Shown here: positions 9,305-16,378 of the stretch, piece by piece
Numbering within the stretch: position 1 is the first letter of the stretch
Layout: each line of letters starts with the position of its first letter
Virus record (IMG/VR): IMGVR_UViG_3300023179_000017
Coordinates: 1-24,710 of that record
Strand: one strand, 5' to 3'
Length of the DNA: 24,710 nt
Source of the DNA: a virus
Notes under the pieces: generated by a model
What the model was told of the DNA's origin: nothing
The model's database searches: none
The model's input: the letters and a program-made list of their open reading frames with translations, nothing else
Position numbers and translations under genes: made by a program

Positions 9305-9306
9305 TT

Positions 9307-11757
9307 ATGGCTCAATTACCCATCTCAGCGTTTTTAACGGACCGGCTTGCAGCGTACGATCCAAACTTTGAACTTCGGTTTGGAACAGGCTTCGAGTCCT
9401 TATTTTTTAAACCCATTCAGTTTATTGTTCAGCCCCTTAGAGATGAGGCGAATGAGCTTTTTATTGGGCAGAGTTTTCTTAGAATTCTTCTCACAAGTGA
9501 CCCTGACGCTTTTAATGAAGATTATGTTGATGCACTAGCTAGTAATCTTTTCGTGCTCCGAAGAGAAGGTTCTGGTTCGTCGGGTACAGCAAGGGCTTAC
9601 TTCAACGCCCCTGTGGAAAGGGAGTACCCCGCTGGTGGAGCAGTCTTTACAGGTTCCAACGGTTTAACATATAGCAATCCAGATCCTTATAGCATCTCTT
9701 CAGACCAGATGGCGCTGCAATTAGATAACGGTCTGTATTATATGGATGTCCCTGTCGAGTCTTCCGACACTGGAGCCGATACCGAGCTTGAAGTTGGGCA
9801 GCTTGTTTCTTTGGCAAGCGACAACGATGTGGTTAGAGTAACTAACCCTTCTCCGATTTCTGGTGGTTTAGATAGAGAAAGTAATACCGACTTTATTGAT
9901 AGAATCCAGAACTCAATCGGGGTTCGTGACCTTGTCGCTGGAAAGGGCTTCCGAGCGATTCTTTTTGAAAACTTTGTAAACTCTCTTTCCGAAGTTCAGC
10001 CGATTGGTTTTGGCGATCCGGAGATGATGAGAGATATTTTGTACAACGCCCATGTGGGAGGAAAGGTCGATGGCTACGTAAAGACCGCGGCCATCAAAAG
10101 CGGCTCCAAAGACTTCATGGGAGTTTTGACGGACTACACACGGCAGACCTACACGAGTGCCAATATTCTTTTAGAAGGCACTAGCTGGTCTAGCGTCAAC
10201 AATCCAAATATTGATAGGTCGAACAACAAAGCCCCAATACTCAAACAAATAAAAGTTGCTACCAGCGCTACCTTTACAAGCCCGGTTGACATGTCATCTC
10301 CGATTAACTTATCGGTGAATCAGCATATTAAGATTGGCGTCGATGGGGTATTTAAAACCATTCGGGTGGCCGGCGTAAACCCAGGGGCCACCACAAGAAA
10401 CGAAATCTTTAACATCATCAACGCAGCTTTTGGAGTCAATATCGCTACTGCTGAAGGAAGTTCTTTTAAAATCACTTCTCCGTCTTCTGGTCTTACAAGC
10501 CACATCGTCATTGATAATCCAGATGTCGGTAACTCAGCTCTTCCTCAAGTCTTTAATCTTTTGACCTCGGAAGCACCTTATACTTTTAGTGGCGATGGGC
10601 CTTTGACTTTTATTGAAGGCCAAGACTACGAAGTCGATGATGAGAACGGAAAGATTAGAAGAATCATTGGTTCAGCCATCATTCCTACTTTTACAACGGG
10701 TCAGTACACTGAGAACACCGCAATTTTTACTGATTCAACTCCGAACGTATTTTTGTCTGTAAACGTAAACGACATCTTGACGATATCCAGTGGCGACAAC
10801 TCTGGCGATTATCGAATCATTCAAAAGACTAGCGATAACGTGCTTGTGTTAGATACGACGTTTGATGCTACTGAAACGGATGTGTCTTATTCTATTTCTA
10901 GAACGGGTATCAAAAGTGGCGAGATCGTGTACGTACAGTATTATTACAATCCTCTTTCTATTGATATTGGAAACAACATCATTATAGATGATTTAGGAAG
11001 AGAACGCGGCGTTCGCCCAGGTCGCGATGCGATGACGATTTCTGACTTAGCTTTTTTAAGAATCAACAGTATTGAAGAGATTGATCCGCTAACGAAAGAG
11101 CCGACAGGATTGGTGTTACAAGGCAAAGGCGGATGGGGTCGTGGTGGTTTTGGCAGTGGTGGTTTTGGTGTGGGCTCTAGTGCGGATTACAGGCTAGTCG
11201 TTAATAAACCAGAGCTTCGGTTTTCAATGTATGAAGATAGCTACATTGTTTTAAATACGGGCTATGAGGGTTTAAGTTTTAGAGTGAACTATGACTATGT
11301 GCCAGAAGTTTCTGACTTTCACACTTTTGTGCAATCTGAGAATGAACGTACATTAGATGGCGACATTTTAATTAAACATTTCATTCCAGCTTATGTGAGC
11401 GGAACAATTTATTATAAAGTAAATACGAATGATGCGACCGTTCCGACCAATGACGAGCTACTAGTTTCTTTAAAAAGTTTTATCAATAAGATGAAGTCTG
11501 GTACCTCTTTAGACTACACTGACATCATTCAGTTTATGGTGAGAACAGTAGACCCGTTTGATAGATACGGAACTTCCATCTTACCTTTTAAATTAAGTGC
11601 CACAATTTACAATACGGACGGCAGTGTCAGCACAGTCACAGGCGAGTCTGAAATTACTGTGCCCACACCAGAAGTATTTCCTAAAGTCACGAAACGGCCA
11701 CTAAGCCCAAGGATAGTGCATTGGGTAGCTGACAACATTACGCTTGTGAGGATGTAA
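9307..11757 (+). CDS. Baseplate J-like wedge protein (gp6 / P2 gpJ / Mu gp47) with large inserted domains
   Basis: Shows VDALASNLFVLRREGSGSSGTARAYF, VPVESSDTG and VTNPSPISGGLDRESNTDFIDRI (the GG.D.ES...R signature of Baseplate_J). It follows the gp25-like gene. Confidence 0.85.
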   Translation: MAQLPISAFLTDRLAAYDPNFELRFGTGFESLFFKPIQFIVQPLRDEANELFIGQSFLRILLTSDPDAFNEDYVDALASNLFVLRREGSGSSGTARAYFNAPVEREYPAGGAVFTGSNGLTYSNPDPYSISSDQMALQLDNGLYYMDVPVESSDTGADTELEVGQLVSLASDNDVVRVTNPSPISGGLDRESNTDFIDRIQNSIGVRDLVAGKGFRAILFENFVNSLSEVQPIGFGDPEMMRDILYNAHVGGKVDGYVKTAAIKSGSKDFMGVLTDYTRQTYTSANILLEGTSWSSVNNPNIDRSNNKAPILKQIKVATSATFTSPVDMSSPINLSVNQHIKIGVDGVFKTIRVAGVNPGATTRNEIFNIINAAFGVNIATAEGSSFKITSPSSGLTSHIVIDNPDVGNSALPQVFNLLTSEAPYTFSGDGPLTFIEGQDYEVDDENGKIRRIIGSAIIPTFTTGQYTENTAIFTDSTPNVFLSVNVNDILTISSGDNSGDYRIIQKTSDNVLVLDTTFDATETDVSYSISRTGIKSGEIVYVQYYYNPLSIDIGNNIIIDDLGRERGVRPGRDAMTISDLAFLRINSIEEIDPLTKEPTGLVLQGKGGWGRGGFGSGGFGVGSSADYRLVVNKPELRFSMYEDSYIVLNTGYEGLSFRVNYDYVPEVSDFHTFVQSENERTLDGDILIKHFIPAYVSGTIYYKVNTNDATVPTNDELLVSLKSFINKMKSGTSLDYTDIIQFMVRTVDPFDRYGTSILPFKLSATIYNTDGSVSTVTGESEITVPTPEVFPKVTKRPLSPRIVHWVADNITLVRM

Positions 11758-12134
11758 TGTTTAAATCAAAGTCTCAAAGACGGAAATTTTATGCCCTTAA
11801 GGCTGAAGGGAAAATGGATCAGAAGACCATCGATGAGTGGGAATCTGAAACTCCAGACAAGCTTCCAGAGCGAATTACTAAGAAAGCTTTTTGGTTAGGC
11901 TTTGAGAAGCGCGCCACTAACTACGGTGACGGAGGTTCGTTTGTAGCAGGAGTGGGAAAGGGCCAGCTTCCGGTAGGTCAAATGAATGCTGTAGAAACTG
12001 TAGGCACTGCGGATACGAGCGAGACCATGACCAGTAAAGAGCTTTTAGATAGAGACAGAACAGCAAGAGACTTTAGCCCACATAGTATGGGACCAGAGTT
12101 TGAGGATGAGAATGGCACGCACATTAGGTACTAA
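11757..12134 (+). CDS. Small hypothetical protein: basic N-terminal module, F-W-x-G-F-E-K-R-A motif, acidic tail
   Basis: TAATG overlap with the baseplate J stop. Begins MFKSKSQRRKFYA...WESETPDKLPER, followed by KKAFWLGFEKRA. Confidence 0.75.
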   Translation: MFKSKSQRRKFYALKAEGKMDQKTIDEWESETPDKLPERITKKAFWLGFEKRATNYGDGGSFVAGVGKGQLPVGQMNAVETVGTADTSETMTSKELLDRDRTARDFSPHSMGPEFEDENGTHIRY

Positions 12135-12714
12135 ACGATTAAAGAAAGCCATTCGCCACAACAAGAAAAAGAATGTGGCAAAGCAATCTTTTTTGATTAC
12201 CTATAAGAAAATGAATGGGCGAACCATTAAAAGAAAAGTAAGCCCGAACGATTTGAAGTACGGCCTTCTTTACGGGTATGATCATAAACGAAAGGACCTT
12301 AGGTCTTATAGAATGGACAGGATGGTATCTATGAAAAAAGTAGCATTTTTATCGGGCTTTCAAAAAAGAGCTATCGATATGGACACCTTGAGAAAAGCTA
12401 ATAGGGGACTTAAGCGACATATTATTAGAGGTACCCAGACCCTAACTAAAGATATGAGACTTGGACCAGTTGCAAGAAAAGCCCAAATGGGAGAAAAACT
12501 AAAATTTTGGAAGGGCTTTAAAAAACAATCAAGCCTTACACACGGGCTAGAACTAGCGGGCCTTGGAACACTGGCTGTTCCCTCCGTTCACGCTTTAAGA
12601 GATCCTAAGTCGACTCCTAAAGAGAGGCGACATGCGAAATATGAAATAGGCGGGCTTGGTATCTTGGCAGCTCCAAGTGCTGTTGCATTAGGAAAGAAAT
12701 TCCTTGGCAAGTAA
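12112..12714 (+). CDS. Very basic protein with a stand-alone WYL domain, two F-x-x-G-F-x-K motifs and a duplicated hydrophobic C-terminal segment
   Basis: FLITYKKMNGRTIKRKVSPNDLKYGLLYGYDHKRKDLRSYRMDRMVSM (12190-12333) fits the WYL consensus I-x-Y...G...R-x-V-x-P...L-x-[AG]-Y-D-x-x-R...R-x-[FY]-R-x-D-R. ATG 12112 is preferred (GAGG at 12102-12105); the track uses TTG 12100. Confidence 0.8.
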   Translation: MARTLGTKRLKKAIRHNKKKNVAKQSFLITYKKMNGRTIKRKVSPNDLKYGLLYGYDHKRKDLRSYRMDRMVSMKKVAFLSGFQKRAIDMDTLRKANRGLKRHIIRGTQTLTKDMRLGPVARKAQMGEKLKFWKGFKKQSSLTHGLELAGLGTLAVPSVHALRDPKSTPKERRHAKYEIGGLGILAAPSAVALGKKFLGK

Positions 12715-14284
12715 TCACTACTTTGATTTTTTGGGCACCTTCTGGGAGCTCCTTCCTGAAGCCGACAAGGAGCGAATGGGAGAGCTCTGGCAAGGCTATG
12801 AACAAGTCTTTGCATCGGTGTATCAAAAATTTGTAGAAGCAGACTTAAATATATCTGTAAGAGACTTACAGCAATACGCCACCGAGAGATGGCTTCCTTA
12901 TACGTTTGACGAAACGACTTCGGTTGCAAAGCCAGCTATCTATACCTCAACCCAAGATTTGTATGCTGGGTGTAATCTTAGCAGTAAATTTTTAATCAAG
13001 TTTCGTATTGATGGCGGCGACCCAATAGAAGTCGACTTAAGGGGGGCGAACCCTTCTTTAACGACCTTGAATGAGATTATTTCTAAAATCAATAAAGCTG
13101 TGGGGTTTAAGTTTGCGTCAGGTATTTTTGAAAACTCGGTCCTTCAATTAGTCTCTCCGACCTCGGGTCCTTCAAGCAGCATTGATATCCTTCTTCCTTC
13201 TTCTAATGACGCCACTGAGTTTGTGTTGGGGTTACAAGAAGAAGACTTGCCGCTTCATTTACCTAAGTACCCTTTTGTGTATCGATTGCCTTACAGCAAG
13301 ATAGTAGATATCCCCTACCTTCAAGACACGGTGCGAGAAGACTCTGTAGAAGTGATTTTAAATAACGGCGCTGACTATGTGCTTGATAAGAGCGGCCTTA
13401 TTACTTTTTTGCAAGAGCCCCCAAAAAAGCCGATGTGGGCTAAGAAAACTTACTTTGATGAAGAAACGCCGTGGAACAACTTTGGCTTTTTAATGGATAT
13501 TTACGGACCTAACGAACCTACCTACCTCTCGGTGATTCAGGGCCTTTGGTTTTCGTTCTGGACAGGGCCCAAGCCAGAGAACATTAAAACTGCGCTCTAT
13601 CTTCTCTTTGGGCTTCCTGTGGCTAAAGAGGACTCGGTCGTTAGTAACGTAACCACCTCCTACATCGAAACGACTAGCCAAACAGGGCTTATTAGAAGAT
13701 TTAATTTACCCCTCAACCTAAAACCTATTGTCGCAGTAGGCCAATCGTTAAGAAGGTTTCAGCCTTTAGTTGATGGTATTGAGGTATTTGATAAAATAAA
13801 CCTACCGGGTTTCATAGCTGGGGAAATTGGCCGAACAGGTATTCAAAGATTTTTAACCGACACCGCCACCAGAGGCATAGGCGATACGGACGAAACCAAG
13901 GCCCTCTCACTACTTGAGGAGCATACCTTTTTACCCCAGATCTCGGTGGATGCCTTCATATCTCCTGATATTAATTTAGGAAATGTGAAGAACTTCTTAG
14001 ACAGTATTAAGCCGTTAAATAAGACGTTTTTGTTTCAGATCATCGTGGGCACTTTTAGAGATGAGCTGCCTTTTGGTGATCGTATTAGTTTTGATGTCTC
14101 AATTGACGTAACGCCCAATTTGGACTCGAACGAAACCACGTTTTGTTTAGAGCAAGATTTAACTGACTATGAATCCACTGAAAACGCTGGGCTTAACATG
14201 GATAGCTATGGCGTTGCCATGCAGGAAAGTATTGAAGTGGAAGTTTATCAGTCCAATGCGTTAATCGACAGCTTTGTTGCTTGA
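12704..14284 (+). CDS. Baseplate wedge subunit (P2 gpI / Mu gp48 / gp7-like) with inserted domain
   Basis: YLSVIQGLWFSFWTGPKPENIKTALYLLFG and NFLDSIKPLNKTFLF resemble the G[TP]..x.I..AL and IKP[AS]H motifs of gpI-type proteins. It lies between J and the fibre genes. TTG start with AGGAAAG upstream. Confidence 0.6.
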   Translation: MASNHYFDFLGTFWELLPEADKERMGELWQGYEQVFASVYQKFVEADLNISVRDLQQYATERWLPYTFDETTSVAKPAIYTSTQDLYAGCNLSSKFLIKFRIDGGDPIEVDLRGANPSLTTLNEIISKINKAVGFKFASGIFENSVLQLVSPTSGPSSSIDILLPSSNDATEFVLGLQEEDLPLHLPKYPFVYRLPYSKIVDIPYLQDTVREDSVEVILNNGADYVLDKSGLITFLQEPPKKPMWAKKTYFDEETPWNNFGFLMDIYGPNEPTYLSVIQGLWFSFWTGPKPENIKTALYLLFGLPVAKEDSVVSNVTTSYIETTSQTGLIRRFNLPLNLKPIVAVGQSLRRFQPLVDGIEVFDKINLPGFIAGEIGRTGIQRFLTDTATRGIGDTDETKALSLLEEHTFLPQISVDAFISPDINLGNVKNFLDSIKPLNKTFLFQIIVGTFRDELPFGDRISFDVSIDVTPNLDSNETTFCLEQDLTDYESTENAGLNMDSYGVAMQESIEVEVYQSNALIDSFVA

Positions 14285-14310
14285 TGTAACGACTGAAGCT
14301 AAAGTATTAT
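14281..14310 (+). promoter_or_regulatory. Possible sigma70-like promoter (TTGATG-N18-TATTAT) ahead of the fibre genes
   Basis: It sits in the longest intergenic gap of the window (14285-14326). The -35-like hexamer is at 14281-14286 and the -10-like hexamer at 14305-14310, followed by the SD GGAGA at 14318-14322. Confidence 0.3.
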
Positions 14311-14326
14311 TTAATCTGGAGAAATC

Positions 14327-14980
14327 ATGAAGGTTCGGGAGCTGTTAAAACCTCAGGGAAAAGTAGAGCTTTTTGTCACCAAGGGAAAACCAGAAATAGT
14401 TCCCGGCAAACTGGTTCAACAACATCCTATTAAAGTTTACGATTCTGCTAGCATTGATTTTTCCCACACCGAGACTCTGCATCAGGAAGTTCTTAAAAAT
14501 ATTATTTTAAATTCAGGTAAAGACCGGGTAATTGGGAGTTTAACTTCCGGCTTTTTTAAAACGATTTGTCGCATGGCGATTGGAGATAGAGGGACTTTGC
14601 CTTCTGATTCAACCGTTCCTAAAACTCCGGTTGCTACCATGACCGCTCTTTATAATGAAGTAAGAAGAGAAGACGTTGAAGTGACCGTCGTCAATATCGG
14701 CGTTCCTGGGGTGCATGAAGTAAAGTTTATTAAAACGTTTTCGGCTATTGAAATTCCTCAAACTGCTTTTTCAAATCAAGCAAAACCCGTGGTCAACGAA
14801 GTGGGGCTTGTAATGGCAGACTTGTTTGGTGGTAACCCGCTTCCAAGACCTGCCGTGTCCGCTCCTAACGCACCGAACGCTGACGAAGAAATTTTCTCCA
14901 TCCGAACGTTTAAATCCGTCCCGTTTGAAGCAGCAAACGAGATTTCTATAACCATTAGATATACAATATTTATCGAGTAA
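14327..14980 (+). CDS. Tail-collar / fibre attachment protein (DUF3751-like)
   Basis: NIILNSGK...ICRMAIGDRG...TALYNEVRR...VNEVGL...IFSIRTFKSV...ITIRYTIF is the motif series of tail-collar fibre N-terminal domains. SD GGAGA. Confidence 0.7.
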   Translation: MKVRELLKPQGKVELFVTKGKPEIVPGKLVQQHPIKVYDSASIDFSHTETLHQEVLKNIILNSGKDRVIGSLTSGFFKTICRMAIGDRGTLPSDSTVPKTPVATMTALYNEVRREDVEVTVVNIGVPGVHEVKFIKTFSAIEIPQTAFSNQAKPVVNEVGLVMADLFGGNPLPRPAVSAPNAPNADEEIFSIRTFKSVPFEAANEISITIRYTIFIE

Positions 14981-14983
14981 CCT

Positions 14984-16375
14984 ATGGCAGATCAAACAGC
15001 ATTTTTAAAATTAACCCTTCCTGCAAATGGCGAGTACCAAGATACTTGGGACCAGCCTATTAATGAGAACAACCAGAAAGTAGATGCTTGGGCTCAAGCC
15101 GTTCAAGCAGAAATCCAAGATGCTCGTTTTGGAAAAAGCTCCTTACGATTATTTTTAACCGTTGCCCACAATACGGATGGAAGTTTAAAGCCAACTACTG
15201 AAATGGTGAGCTCCAGAAACTCTTATCTCTACGGAGATGAAGACGAAGAGGGTAACGACTTAGATGTTCCACAACGTCTACTGAAATCTGATTTAGAAGT
15301 GTTTGATGCCAGAGCTGGGTACGACTCTTTGTACCAGTCTCTTGCAGCCAGAGCTTTAAATGTAAGCCAAGTTATTTCCGGAGCTAAAGATGCCAACGGC
15401 TATCCAGCTTGGATGGGATACACTGGCGTCAATGTCCATGTGGACGGTTCAGCCACTCCTCTTTGGATGATGATTAACGGCAATCTTTGCCGAGTAAGAG
15501 ATTTACAGCAAGTAGAATTAAGCGGCGTCATTCAAGCAAAGTACATCTACGCAACTTACACTAAAGGTGGGGTTGTCAGAGTGGATGGCGATGCCAGTAC
15601 CGCTCCTCCAGCTGCTAGCGCCGGAACAATTGGTTCTGATGGCAGTAAAGTTAGAATCCTTCAAGACTTGACGGTCGACTTTACAACAAAAGATATTCAA
15701 GTCGGTGACGTTCTGACTATCTTAGGAACGGGCAGTAATGCAGGCGTTTATCAAATTAAAGAAATCGCTCCTAGTGGAAACGTAAATCAACTTAAAATTT
15801 ACGGGGTATTTCCGGGTGGGGTTTCTAGTGGCCTCAACTATACGGTCTCTGATCCGCTCGGAGTTACCTTAGGGTTTGATGATGAGAAGGTAGAGTCGGC
15901 GGACAAACTTTATTTAGGTGAATCAGACTTTGACGGCTTTGGAGCCACGGCTGTCAGACCCCTTCATTTTAAAGATACGTTTGTCAGTGAATGGCGAGCC
16001 GTCGATGTCTCTTCTTCCGCCTCATTTGAAGAAATTTTTAATCATGGCCTTTATAGCGATGCGGTTGATATTAGTGTTCAAGCCTCGCAAGCAGATGATG
16101 GCAGCGCTCCGATTGAAGAGCTGTCATTAGGTTCAAGCACCAATACACTAGGCGTTGTGGTCAGTAATAACCTTGCTGTCAGCTCTGGTGTTTTAAGTGG
16201 TAACATCACAGCCTCTTTAAGTGGGTCTTTGAATCCAGATAGAGCCGTAAGAGTTCAGTGGACTAAGTATAAGGTCTTTGTGAAGAACCTTATAGCCTCA
16301 ACTTTTTATAGAGATTACACAGGGGCAGCAAGACAAAGCGGTTTTATTAGAGTGTTAGTAAAGAAAAGGGTTTAA
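14984..16375 (+). CDS. Tail fibre / baseplate appendage protein
   Basis: The N-terminus TAFLKLTLPANGEYQDTWDQPINENNQKVD is a common fibre-anchor motif (T..L.L.LP..G...W...IN.N...D). Internal VGDVLTI..GSNAGVYQI beta domain. Confidence 0.65.
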   Translation: MADQTAFLKLTLPANGEYQDTWDQPINENNQKVDAWAQAVQAEIQDARFGKSSLRLFLTVAHNTDGSLKPTTEMVSSRNSYLYGDEDEEGNDLDVPQRLLKSDLEVFDARAGYDSLYQSLAARALNVSQVISGAKDANGYPAWMGYTGVNVHVDGSATPLWMMINGNLCRVRDLQQVELSGVIQAKYIYATYTKGGVVRVDGDASTAPPAASAGTIGSDGSKVRILQDLTVDFTTKDIQVGDVLTILGTGSNAGVYQIKEIAPSGNVNQLKIYGVFPGGVSSGLNYTVSDPLGVTLGFDDEKVESADKLYLGESDFDGFGATAVRPLHFKDTFVSEWRAVDVSSSASFEEIFNHGLYSDAVDISVQASQADDGSAPIEELSLGSSTNTLGVVVSNNLAVSSGVLSGNITASLSGSLNPDRAVRVQWTKYKVFVKNLIASTFYRDYTGAARQSGFIRVLVKKRV

Positions 16376-16378
16376 TAA

